This document shows positions 7,945 through 17,260 of a stretch of 19,598 bases of DNA, in pieces (the stretch's first letter is position 1; each line of letters opens with the position of its first letter). A program made the translations under genes and the position numbers. The notes below the pieces were generated by a model. It had not been told where the DNA came from, did no database searches, and worked only from the letters and a program-made list of their open reading frames with translations. This DNA is from a virus. Lineage: Duplodnaviria; Heunggongvirae; Uroviricota; Caudoviricetes. Location: IMG/VR virus record IMGVR_UViG_2526164634_000022. One strand, written 5' to 3'.

Positions 7945-10687
7945 TCTTATCCGTCAGGTTATCAGTGCGTCTGAAAACAACTGGCCTCATGTGCTGGGCT
8001 GCCTGAACATAAATGTCCCTGACTCTCCGCGCCGTCATGCTCCCTGCCCTGCATGTGGGGGCAAAGATCGATTCCGGTTCGATGACAACGGGCGCGGTAG
8101 CTTCATCTGTAATCAGTGCGGCGCTGGTGATGGGCTGGATTTAATTAAACGCGTAAATAACTGCGACACAACAGAGGCGGCGCTTCTTGCCGCTGATGTT
8201 CTGGGTATTGATTACCGGACAACGGAAACACCAGAAGCCACCAGCCAGAAACGGGAACAACTGGAAACCGAGCGCCAGCGACGCGAACAGGAGCGCCTGA
8301 AAAGGGCAGAGAAGGACGAACAACAAAGACGGGATACGTTTTCCCGTCAGTTTGATGACATGCGCAGAAAGGCTGTAAACGGCAAATCTGATTATCTGGT
8401 TGCGAAAGGGGTAGGTGATTTTACATTCCCCGTGTTGCCCGATGGATCTCTGTTGCTGGCGCTGGTGGATAAATCCGGCGCAGTCACAGCAGCACAGACT
8501 ATTACCTCACATGGTGAAAAAAGACTCCTGACAGGTTCAGCAAAGCGGGGGGCATATCACGCCTTAAACGCACCAGAAACAACACAGAGCATCTTAATCG
8601 CAGAAGGGCTGGCAACGGCATTATCTGCCCATTTAATTCGTCCAGAGGCGCTGACAGTGGCGGCAATTGATGCCGGGAACCTGTTATATGTGGCCCAGGT
8701 ACTGCGGGATAAATTTCCTTCAGCACAAATCATCATTGCTGCGGATAACGACCACAGCGAAGGAAGACAAAACACGGGGAGAATAGCAGCAGAAAAAGCA
8801 GCTTTATCTGTTTCTGGATGGGTGGCATTACCCCCGACAGATCACAAAGCAGACTGGAATGATTACCACCAAAAACACGGCATTAAATGCGCCACAGAAG
8901 CGTTCAATAAGTCAATGTACCAACCACAGGGTAATGGCGTGAAACAGGAGCCACAGACCATTGAGGGAAGCGATTTTAAGGTTATGGATACCGACCCACT
9001 GAAACCAAGAATAGAAAGCCGCGAGGATGGTATTTATTGGGTATCTCCGAGAGCTGACAACCAGAGTGGAGAAATCATCAATAACGAAAGCTGGTTATGT
9101 TCTCCGTTAAGCGTTATCGGTACTGGCAGAGACGATAAAGACCAGTATCTCATTCTTCGCTGGCTGTCGTTTGGTTCTGAAACGCCGACAACCGCTGCCA
9201 TTCCACTGGCTGATATTGGTGAACGTGAAGGATGGCGCACACTTAAAGCTGGTGGGGTAAATGTCACGACCAAAAGCAGCCTCAGAGCAATACTGGCAGA
9301 CTGGCTACAACGCAGTGGCTCTCGTGAATTGTGGCGTGTTGCTCATGCCACTGGCTGGCAATGCGGAGCGTACATCATGCCTGATGGGGAAATCATCGGA
9401 ACACCTGAAAATCCTGTGCTGTTCAGCGGGAGAAGCTCAGCCGCAGCCGGATATACCGTCTCAGGGAGCGCGAAAAGCTGGCGTGATAACGTGGCGCGTC
9501 TGGCCTTTGGTAACTATTCAATGATGACCGGGATAGGCGCAGCACTGGCAGCGCCATTGATTGGGCTGGTGGGCGCTGACGGGTTCGGCATTCATTTCTA
9601 TGAGCAGTCGAGCGCAGGTAAGACCACCACGGCAAACGTGGCGAGCAGCTTATACGGCAACCCTGATTTACTGCGGCTGACGTGGTACGGAACCGCGCTG
9701 GGGCTGGCAAATGAGGCCGCCGCCCACAATGACGGACTAATGCCGCTTGATGAAGTTGGTCAGGGCGCTGATCCTGTCAGCGTTTCACAGTCTGCCTATG
9801 CGTTATTTAACGGTGTAGGGAAACTGCAAGGCGCTAAAGATGGTGGAAACCGGGATCTAAAACGCTGGCGTACAGTGGCAATCAGCACCGGAGAAATGGA
9901 TTTAGAAACATTTATCGCTACTTCCGGGCGAAAAACCAAAGCCGGGCAACTGGTGCGACTGCTGAATATTCCGTTGAGTAAAGCAGTACGCTTTCACGAT
10001 TACCAGAACGGAAAACAGCACGCAGACGCACTGAAAGACGCTTACCAGCATCACCACGGCGCGTCCGGGCGTGAGTGGATTAAATGGCTGGCAGACCACC
10101 AGCAACAGGCTATTAAAACCGTTCGTGACTGCGAAAGCAGATGGAGAAGCCTGATCCCATCCGATTATGGTGAGCAGGTTCACCGTGTAGCCGCGCGATT
10201 TGCCATTCTGGAGGCCGCATTGTTGTTAGGCGAGGTTGTAACAGGCTGGGATGCTCAGACATGCCGTGATGCGATACAGCACAGCTATAACGCATGGTTG
10301 CGCGAGTTCGGCACAGGTAACAAAGAGCATCAGCAGATTATTGAACAAACGGAGGCATTTCTTAATGCCTATGGGCTTAGCCGTTTTGCACCATTTCCAT
10401 ACAGCCCGGCAGATTTGCCCATCAAAGATTTAGCCGGATACCGTCAGCGTGGAGAACATGACGAAAGCCCAATGATTTTCTACACATTCCCGGCCACATT
10501 TGAAAAGGAGATCGCATGTGGTTTCAACGCAAAACAGTTTGCTGAAGTGTTGAAAAAAGCCGGGATGCTAACCCCACCAAACAGCGGTCGTGGATACCAA
10601 AGAAAATCACCACGTATTCAGGGACGACAAATAAACGTTTATGTACTCAATTACCAGCCAGGAGATTATAACTCATCTGAAGAATGA
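7928..10687 (+). CDS. P4-alpha-like primase / replication protein (zinc-ribbon + Toprim primase + P-loop/DUF927-like C-terminal domain)
   Basis: 919-aa ORF (GTG 7928 or ATG 7931). N-terminal Cys4 zinc ribbon (CPACGG...CNQCG); Toprim-like motifs ILIAEGLATALSA (compare the P4 alpha EGYATA motif) and IIIAADNDHSEGRQNTG; P-loop-like YEQSSAGKTT; followed directly by an iteron origin. Confidence 0.9.
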   Translation: MMRNIDLIRQVISASENNWPHVLGCLNINVPDSPRRHAPCPACGGKDRFRFDDNGRGSFICNQCGAGDGLDLIKRVNNCDTTEAALLAADVLGIDYRTTETPEATSQKREQLETERQRREQERLKRAEKDEQQRRDTFSRQFDDMRRKAVNGKSDYLVAKGVGDFTFPVLPDGSLLLALVDKSGAVTAAQTITSHGEKRLLTGSAKRGAYHALNAPETTQSILIAEGLATALSAHLIRPEALTVAAIDAGNLLYVAQVLRDKFPSAQIIIAADNDHSEGRQNTGRIAAEKAALSVSGWVALPPTDHKADWNDYHQKHGIKCATEAFNKSMYQPQGNGVKQEPQTIEGSDFKVMDTDPLKPRIESREDGIYWVSPRADNQSGEIINNESWLCSPLSVIGTGRDDKDQYLILRWLSFGSETPTTAAIPLADIGEREGWRTLKAGGVNVTTKSSLRAILADWLQRSGSRELWRVAHATGWQCGAYIMPDGEIIGTPENPVLFSGRSSAAAGYTVSGSAKSWRDNVARLAFGNYSMMTGIGAALAAPLIGLVGADGFGIHFYEQSSAGKTTTANVASSLYGNPDLLRLTWYGTALGLANEAAAHNDGLMPLDEVGQGADPVSVSQSAYALFNGVGKLQGAKDGGNRDLKRWRTVAISTGEMDLETFIATSGRKTKAGQLVRLLNIPLSKAVRFHDYQNGKQHADALKDAYQHHHGASGREWIKWLADHQQQAIKTVRDCESRWRSLIPSDYGEQVHRVAARFAILEAALLLGEVVTGWDAQTCRDAIQHSYNAWLREFGTGNKEHQQIIEQTEAFLNAYGLSRFAPFPYSPADLPIKDLAGYRQRGEHDESPMIFYTFPATFEKEIACGFNAKQFAEVLKKAGMLTPPNSGRGYQRKSPRIQGRQINVYVLNYQPGDYNSSEE

Positions 10688-10712
10688 GCTTCTTCATGTG
10701 CGTAGAAAAGGT

Positions 10713-10832
10713 GTTGGTTCAGTTGGTTCAGTTGGTTCAGTTGGTTCAATTTGTAAAGAGTATTGTTTTATAAGGATTTTATTCTTTTTATTGAACCAAC
10801 ACTGAACCAACAACACGGTATTTTGAACCAAC
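10713..10832. repeat. Iteron-type replication origin: GTTGGTTCA x4 tandem (10713-10748), AT-rich spacer (10749-10791), then inverted TGAACCAAC x3 (10792-10800, 10803-10811, 10824-10832)
   Basis: Exact 9-bp units read from the sequence; iterons flanking an AT-rich segment, 26 bp downstream of the primase stop. Confidence 0.8.
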
Positions 10833-10882
10833 ACAATGTGACTGAATTGATGCGCACAACACCTGGCTGGCATCAGAGAGTG

Positions 10883-10958
10883 TTTTACGAGACTTTCGTA
10901 AAATCCTGTGTACAAGGGCGTGACGTTTTTGAAAGTGAGCACTACGAAATTTTCGTAG
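10883..10958. promoter_or_regulatory. Two related palindromes: TTTTACG-N7-CGTAAAA (10883-10903) and CTACGAAA-T-TTTCGTAG (10942-10958); candidate operator sites
   Basis: Inverted repeats seen in the sequence; both share the TACGA/TCGTA half-site; located between the origin and a terminator. Confidence 0.3.
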
Positions 10959-11152
10959 TTCAGAAAACAGCCTCTGAGAAGTTGTTATGCCTGTTCAGCA
11001 AACCATCCGCATAGCTGATCGCGAATCAAATTACCAATGGAGCCAGAAGCAAGGGCAGAACTGAAAAGCGCCTGCCGTGAAGAGTAATGCGACACCATAA
11101 ATATAGTTTTTAGAGTCCATAAAAAACCTGTCAAAACCTGACACACAGAACG

Positions 11153-11186
11153 ATGCCACCAGCTACTGAGCGGTGGCATTTTTTTG
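11153..11186 (+). terminator. Rho-independent terminator
   Basis: Stem ATGCCACC (11153-11160) / GGTGGCAT (11172-11179) with an 11-nt loop, followed by a T-run starting 11180. Confidence 0.6.
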
Positions 11187-11280
11187 TGCTATTTGTTTCA
11201 TATTTTGCAATTACGATGATGAATATTGCGATTTGTGAAACTATAATAACTGTTGTTTTATACAGTTCTAAGGGGGCGTT

Positions 11281-11442
11281 ATGGCTATTTCAGTAAAGCC
11301 GGTATTGATAAGTGAGAAGCAAATGGAAGCGATAAAGAAAATTCAGGAAGAGCAGCGTAAAAAATCAGGAATTGGAGTAGCGCCAACTCTGCATGAAATT
11401 GCACGAGGGTTAATAGATAAGGCGCTGGCAGGCTGTATGTGA
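11281..11442 (+). CDS. small hypothetical protein (53 aa; MAISVKPVLISEKQMEAIKKIQEEQRKKSGIGVAPTLHEIARGLIDKALAGCM)
   Basis: Not in the ORF track (under 60 aa); ATG 11281 with AAGGGGG about 6 nt upstream; preceded by a TATAAT hexamer at about 11243; first gene after the terminator. Confidence 0.5.
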   Translation: MAISVKPVLISEKQMEAIKKIQEEQRKKSGIGVAPTLHEIARGLIDKALAGCM

Positions 11443-11458
11443 AAATGGATGGCATCGC

Positions 11459-11920
11459 ATGGAACTAAAATTTATTGATAACCCTGTGCGATTACAGGCC
11501 TTTCTTAACGAGCCAGGCAATACCGAAAATATTGTTGAGCCGGGGCACACGTACTACATCAAGCCTGATGCGGTATATCTCGGCATCTACGAAGGATTAG
11601 TGCTGGCTGGCGTTCATGAAGTGCGTAACTTCTGGCATAGCGTTGTTGAATGCCATGCGGTGTACGACCCCGGATTCCGTGGTGAATATGCACTGCAAGG
11701 ACATCGATTATTCTGCAAATGGCTTCTCGAAAACTCACCATTCCTTAACAGCATCACTATGGTTCCTGACACCACGAAATACGGACGGGCAATTATCCGT
11801 TTGCTTGGCGCTACCCGTGTTGGTCACCTTGATGATGCTTATATCAGATGTGGTAAACCCGTCGGCGTAACGCTTTATCAGTTAACTCGGCAACAATATA
11901 AGGAATTCAGCGAATGTTAA
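11459..11920 (+). CDS. hypothetical protein (153 aa)
   Basis: ORF with the next gene's ATG overlapping its end; no family recognised. Confidence 0.6.
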   Translation: MELKFIDNPVRLQAFLNEPGNTENIVEPGHTYYIKPDAVYLGIYEGLVLAGVHEVRNFWHSVVECHAVYDPGFRGEYALQGHRLFCKWLLENSPFLNSITMVPDTTKYGRAIIRLLGATRVGHLDDAYIRCGKPVGVTLYQLTRQQYKEFSEC

Positions 11921-12591
11921 TTACCCATATAGCTCATAAACATCTCAATCGTGCCGTATACGAAAAAGGCGGTGATGGTGGTGCCTCTAAAGCTCAGGCG
12001 AAGGCCCAGCAGCAGGCAATTGATTTGCAGCGCGAGCAGTGGAATACGGTGATGAATAATCTCAAGCCGTATGCAGAAGTCGGATTGCCTGCTTTACAAC
12101 AACTACAAGGACTGATGACTCTGGAAGGGCAGAATAAAGCCGCGAATGATTTCTTTGGTTCTGGTTTATATAAAACACAGGCAGATCAGGCCCGTTATCA
12201 GAACCTTGTCTCAGCAGAAGCTACCGGGGGGCTTGGCTCAACAGCTACCAGTAACCAGTTATCTTCCATTGCGCCCATGCTTTATAACAATTGGCTTAGT
12301 GGGCAAATGCAAAATTATGGAAACCTGCTAAATGTCGGGATGAATGCGGCATCAGGGCAGGCAACGGCAGGGCAAAACTACGCCAATAATACCGGACAAC
12401 TCTTGCAGGGGCTTGGCGCTATTCGTGCAGGTCAGGCGCAGCAGCCATCCAGTCTTGCGCGTGGTATTGGTGGGGCAGCATCAGGCGCTTTAGCGGGTGC
12501 GCAACTTGGTTCCGTTGTTCCTGGAATAGGAACTGCGGCCGGCGCTATTGGTGGTGGGCTTATTGGTCTTGTTGGGGGGCTTGGATTCTAA
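11914..12591 (+). CDS. Q/A/G-rich protein, possibly a P22-family ejection (DNA-transfer) protein gp7 homolog
   Basis: 225 aa; N-terminal YEKGGDGGASKAQAKAQQQ, Q/N/A-rich middle, Gly-rich hydrophobic C-terminus (GIGTAAGAIGGGLIGLVGGLGF); size and first position in a three-gene coupled operon match P22 gp7 (229 aa). Homology is recalled, not searched. Confidence 0.5.
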   Translation: MLITHIAHKHLNRAVYEKGGDGGASKAQAKAQQQAIDLQREQWNTVMNNLKPYAEVGLPALQQLQGLMTLEGQNKAANDFFGSGLYKTQADQARYQNLVSAEATGGLGSTATSNQLSSIAPMLYNNWLSGQMQNYGNLLNVGMNAASGQATAGQNYANNTGQLLQGLGAIRAGQAQQPSSLARGIGGAASGALAGAQLGSVVPGIGTAAGAIGGGLIGLVGGLGF

Positions 12592-14012
12592 TGGCGACAT
12601 GGCAACTTGGCGGGCTGCCTAGCATGGCACCGCAAAATGATAATGCTCCTCGTTCTTCCGTTCCTCAGCCTGTGCAGTATCAGCAGCAGCCAAACGTAGG
12701 TTTAATGGCGCTACAGGGGCTAAGAGGCGTTGCTGAGATTAATCAGCAGGCACGTCAACAACAGCGTAAAGCAGAGTTTCAGAAAGCATATGCCGGGGCT
12801 TTTGAGTCTGGAGACAGAAACAAAATGCGCAGTCTTATTTCTGAGTATCCAGAAGAATTTGAAAGCGTTCAGAAAGGGATGGGCTTTATTGATGACGACC
12901 AGAGAAATTCTATTGGTCATCTTGCGACTAGTGCTCAAATCGCATCTTCGCTCGGAACTGGGGCATTTGGAAAATTCATAGCAGATAACGAAGATGAAAT
13001 GCGTCGCTTGGGAATTTCTCCTGAGTCTGTTGCCGAAATGCATGTTAATGATCCACAGGGGTTCCAGCGGCTTGCTGGTAGTATGGCACTGTTTTCTCTC
13101 GGTCATGAGAAGTATTTCGATATCAAAGATCAAATGGAAGGTCGGGATATTGAGCGTGGCAAGTTGGCAGAAACAATCCGCAGCAATCAGGCTGGCGAAG
13201 CACTTCAGGCGAGAGGGCAGGATATTAGCCGAGCAAATGCGTTAACGTCAGCATATGCACCAACAGCAGCAATGCAGAATTACAATCAGTACGCTCAAAT
13301 GTTAAAGGCGGATCCAGAGGGGGCGGCGGCATTTGCGGCAGCGGCTGGAATTAATACAAACGCCAAAAAATTAATGAGTGTTAGAGAAAACGATGATGGC
13401 ACTGTCACAAAATACTACACAGACGGAAGTGAAGAGCAGGGAAAACTAAACCAGCCAATATCTGGAGATGGGTTTCGTCCAATAGCTTTGCCAACAGCCC
13501 AAAAGATCATGGAAAAGTCGCCAGAAGGGGCTAAAAAAGCTGCTGGATTTGCATACAGGGTTAGGGATGCTCTTGATTCAATAGATACACTGAAAGACCA
13601 GCTTAGCCCACAGCGAGTGGCGATCATTAATAATGCTTTGGGTAATGGGACGCTGGCTAACTTAACGCTCAGCCCAACAGAACAGCAATACGTTGTTAAT
13701 GCTAATGACGCAATAATGGCAATACTCCGTCAGGAAACAGGGGCAGCCATCGTACCTGCTGAAATGTCAAAATATTATCAAATGTATTTCCCTCAGCCTG
13801 GCGACTCCACAAAAACCATTGATACCAAGCGCCGGAAGATGGAAAACCAGTTCAATTCGCTGAAAGCTGCTTCTGGTCGAGCTTATGATGCTTTGCGGGT
13901 TATTTCAGCAGTTGACAGAGGAACTTCTTCTTCGTCGCAGACATTGCCGCAATCTGAGCAGGTATCACAGCCAGCAGCCAGCAGTAACTTTTCTTCACTA
14001 TGGGGTGATTAA
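12591..14012 (+). CDS. Q/A-rich protein, possibly a P22-family ejection protein gp20 homolog
   Basis: 473 aa (P22 gp20 is 471 aa); TAATG start/stop overlaps at both ends; low-complexity Q/A-rich composition. Confidence 0.5.
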   Translation: MATWQLGGLPSMAPQNDNAPRSSVPQPVQYQQQPNVGLMALQGLRGVAEINQQARQQQRKAEFQKAYAGAFESGDRNKMRSLISEYPEEFESVQKGMGFIDDDQRNSIGHLATSAQIASSLGTGAFGKFIADNEDEMRRLGISPESVAEMHVNDPQGFQRLAGSMALFSLGHEKYFDIKDQMEGRDIERGKLAETIRSNQAGEALQARGQDISRANALTSAYAPTAAMQNYNQYAQMLKADPEGAAAFAAAAGINTNAKKLMSVRENDDGTVTKYYTDGSEEQGKLNQPISGDGFRPIALPTAQKIMEKSPEGAKKAAGFAYRVRDALDSIDTLKDQLSPQRVAIINNALGNGTLANLTLSPTEQQYVVNANDAIMAILRQETGAAIVPAEMSKYYQMYFPQPGDSTKTIDTKRRKMENQFNSLKAASGRAYDALRVISAVDRGTSSSSQTLPQSEQVSQPAASSNFSSLWGD

Positions 14013-16116
14013 TGGCTAAAGCATGGAAAGATGTTATCGCCTCTCCACAGTATCAGGCGTTAGCACCAGAACAAAAAGCGCAGGCTCAGGAGCAATACTT
14101 CAATGAAGTCGTGGCCCCGCAAGCCGGAGAAAGTGTAGAGCAGGCTAAGCAGGCTTTTTATGCTGCCTATCCACTACCATCAACGAATGAAATAGACCGA
14201 TCCCAATCAGCAACTCAAAATATTCAACATACATCATCTGATAATTCTCTTGCGTCAGGGTATGCAAAGTTAGCTACTCAGCAAAGAGAGGGGCTTGAGC
14301 GTTCAGCAGAACAGGGAGCCAGTCTTGGGGCTGCGATGCGCGATGCTATAACAGGCGAAAGCCGAATGACTCCAGAGATGGAGAGACTGCAAAATGTCGA
14401 CCTTGCCCCAGAGTTAACCTCACTCAGCATGGATGCTCTAAAAGCTCGATGGTCTCAACTTTTCGGCTCTGACGCATCTCAGGAAAAGATTCTTCAGAGC
14501 ATGGGAGCGAAATTAAGGCAGGATGAGAAGGGTAACACTATCGTTTCCCTGCCATCCGGTGATTATGCTCTGAACAAGCCGGGTTTATCGCCGCAAGACG
14601 TGGCATCGTTTCTGGCTAATGCGCAGGCGTTTACACCAGCGGGCAGGGCTGGAACGGTGCTTGGTGCCATAGGAAAATCAGCAGCTACAGATTTAGCACT
14701 ACAGGGAGCCACTAGCCTTGCTGGTGGAGAAGATATTGATCCGTTACAAACGGTAATTTCTGCTGGCATTGGTGGTATTGGTAAGGGGCTGGAAAATACA
14801 GCGAGTGCGGTTTCGAGGGCTGTTCGTGGTGATATGTCGCCTGAAGCAAAGGCTGCTGTCGACTTTGCATCGGAAAGAAATCTGCCGTTAATGACCAGTG
14901 ACATGCTAAAAGATAAAACCTTTATGCAGAGTCAGGCTCAGACATTAGGCGAAAGAGTTCCTTTTTTGGAACCGGTAAGAATCGGCTGAATCAACAACAA
15001 GCACGAGAAAATTTAGTCAGAACATTTAGCGATGGTCTGGGTGGCATTTCTGATAAACAGCTTTATGAATCTGCGACTAAAGGGCAACAAAAATTCATTG
15101 AGGCAGCGGGAAAGCGATATAACCGCATAATTGACGCTATGGGGGATACCCCTGTCGATCTCTCAAACACGGTAAAAGCTATCGACAATCAGATTGCCGT
15201 GTTAAGCCGCCCGGGCAAATCTCAGGATAGAGCCGCGGTAAAAGTCTTGCAGCAATTTAAAGACGATATCACCAGCGGACCAAATGACCTGCGTCTGGCG
15301 AGGGAAAACAGAACCGATCTTCGAAATCGATTTATGGCGTCATCTGACACTGTTGATAAAGATACGCTCCAGAAAGCCAGCGATATTATCTACAAGGCAT
15401 ATACGGCGGATATGAAAAAAGCCGTAGCCAAAAATCTTGGAGCAGACGAAGCCATTAATATGGCAAGGGTTGATCGCTCATGGTCTAAATTCAATGACAT
15501 GATGGGAAGAACGCGCGTTCAAAAGGCAATAGCCAGCGGCAAGGCCACGCCTGAGGATGTAACAAAACTCGTTTTTAGCCAAAGCCCATCAGAACGTTCT
15601 CAGCTTTACAGGCTTCTGGATGACAATGGTAGGCAAAACGCACGAGCAGCCATAGTTCAGAATGCTGTAGATAAGGCGACTGATCCGTCTGGAAATATCA
15701 GTGTTGAGAAGTTTATTAATGCGTTACACCGGAACAGGAAGCAATCAGCAACTTTCTTTAAAGGCGTACATGGAAAGGAACTGGACGGCGTTATTAAATA
15801 CCTCAACGATACAAGACACGCGGCAAAAGCGAACGTTCAAAACTTAAATGGTCAGCAGCTTTATGGATTGTTAGTTGGTGGTGGCATCATAAACGCAGCA
15901 GTATTAGCGGGGATGCTAAAAACGGCTGCGTTTGTTGTTCCTGCTGCTGGTGCCGTAGGCGGAGCAGCGAAGGCATACGAAAGCCCTGTTATACGAAATG
16001 CCTTGTTACGTCTGGCAAATACGCCAAAAGGTAGCACAGCATATGACAGAGCGATCAGTACGGTCACACAATCGCTCACCAGAGTCGCACAGGCATCACA
16101 AAAAGAAGCTCAATAA
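14012..16116 (+). pseudogene. gp16-like ejection protein gene split by a frameshift (or homopolymer sequencing error): ORF halves 14012-14989 and 15139-16116
   Basis: The downstream frame is open with no ATG from 14917 to 15138, overlapping the end of the upstream ORF; a T6 run at 14962-14967 lies in the overlap; the 150-bp gap contrasts with the 1-nt overlaps elsewhere in the operon. Confidence 0.55.
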
Positions 16117-16135
16117 CTGGTTAGCCATGGATGGC

Positions 16136-16750
16136 TTAGATATCTCTGCTGTCTCCATTAGGAAATAAAAGATAATATGGATTTGCCTTTCTTGCTCTCC
16201 TTGCTTCACCTGGATACCTGTTAGTCAGTAGCTTGCATAATGAGCAGAGAACAACACTCAAGAAAATTCCGAATGAGAAGATCAATATCTCACCAAAAAT
16301 CAATGGCGATATTAAATTTTCAGGATTTAATGATAAGTCAATGTTAAAAACATATTGAGCAATACCAGTAAGTATCAATAATATAATCCCTATGGAATAC
16401 ATTGCTGTTTCCCAAACATCAGACAGTCTATTTTTGAATTGTTCGCTGGAGTAGTAGTTTGTTATAAAGTCAGAAAAATCACTCTCATATGCATCATCTT
16501 TAGGTGATGTTAGAAATCCTCTGTCTCTCCATACCTTCTCCCAATTAGTCGATTCTTTTTTTAAGGAAAAATAAATATGTATTGCCAAAAGGATAGCCAA
16601 AATTGGTGTTAGCTCTAAAAAATAGAATGTTATGGAATAAATAATACTGCCATGTTCAAACTCATCTGGGACTATCATGTATGCACAAAAATAAATTGAA
16701 AAGTACACCATGCAGATAGTTAGCAATTCTTTAGTATCTTTTCTGCTCAC
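16136..16750 (-). CDS. AT-rich integral membrane protein (about 4 TM helices); candidate superinfection-exclusion (SieA-like) or other membrane effector
   Basis: 204-aa ORF, GTG start at 16750 with AAGGGGG 5 nt upstream; hydrophobic segments (LLTICMVYFSIYFCAYMIV, ILAILLAIHIYF, IGIILLILTGIAQYVF, IFGEILIFSFGIFLSVVLCSL); about 33% GC versus about 50% in flanks; convergent with the gp16-like gene, as sieA is with gene 16 in P22. Confidence 0.7.
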   Translation of the reverse strand: MSRKDTKELLTICMVYFSIYFCAYMIVPDEFEHGSIIYSITFYFLELTPILAILLAIHIYFSLKKESTNWEKVWRDRGFLTSPKDDAYESDFSDFITNYYSSEQFKNRLSDVWETAMYSIGIILLILTGIAQYVFNIDLSLNPENLISPLIFGEILIFSFGIFLSVVLCSLCKLLTNRYPGEARRARKANPYYLLFPNGDSRDI

Positions 16751-16863
16751 ACCAACCCCCTTTAGCGTTGTTTAGAATGGCAATCATCATATATCCAAGA
16801 CATGGCATTTGGTACATAGCTTGGGTCGGGATTTCAAATCCGCCCCCGTTGATGGGGTCGTTA

Positions 16864-17260
16864 CAGTACGCGCATATCCGCTTTATGTGAAACAGGAAGA
16901 TTTTTCTGATATCACTGCCACAGCAAAACACCAATTTCGAGACAAGTACGCGCGCGAGGGGTATCAGTTGCAAAAAGTTTTGCAACTGCGTCCGACCAGT
17001 ACGCACACAATGGAGGGGAGTACCATAAAACTGTTCTCTACATAAGACAGAGTGGTGGTGATGTGTTGATTATCGGCGTATATGCGCACAGGACGCGCTA
17101 TGACGATGTTTTATGCGGGTACACCAATCACATGTATCTGGTGTGATAAATCGCGTTACATGACATCTCATGTTGTGCTGGTGGTTATCACGACGTTCTG
17201 AATCTGGCCTTTGCCTGATATTTTGCGACAAGTACGCGCGCGTAGCATAGAAATTATCGG
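16864..17260. repeat. Repeat-rich noncoding region: exact 16-bp direct repeat GACAAGTACGCGCGCG (16941-16956, 17227-17242), AGTACGC(G/A)C motif x4, and palindrome CAGTTGCAAAA-AG-TTTTGCAACTG (16965-16988)
   Basis: Repeats read from the sequence; no convincing ORF with an RBS; lies between the membrane-protein gene and the Abi gene. Confidence 0.45.

Noticed and set aside
10713-10748. Tandem short repeats considered as a possible CRISPR array
   Set aside because: Units are 9 bp with no spacers and appear in direct and inverted orientation around an AT-rich core; this is iteron-origin architecture. No cas genes present.
10694-11014. ORFs 10694-10942 (minus) and 10763-11014 (plus) spanning the iteron array
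   Set aside because: Their sequence is dominated by the iteron repeats and the AT-rich spacer (for example the repeated PTE tripeptide); best explained as an origin, not coding.
16809-17045. 78-aa ORF with TTG start in the repeat-rich intergenic region
   Set aside because: Non-ATG start, no RBS, overlaps the repeat motifs and palindrome; probably non-coding.
17069-17260. Possible attR: two copies of ATTATCGG (17069-17076, 17253-17260) matching part of the thrW 3' end
   Set aside because: Only 8-10 bp match; P4-type att cores usually duplicate about 15-25 nt of the tRNA 3' end; the island's right boundary is probably beyond the window.
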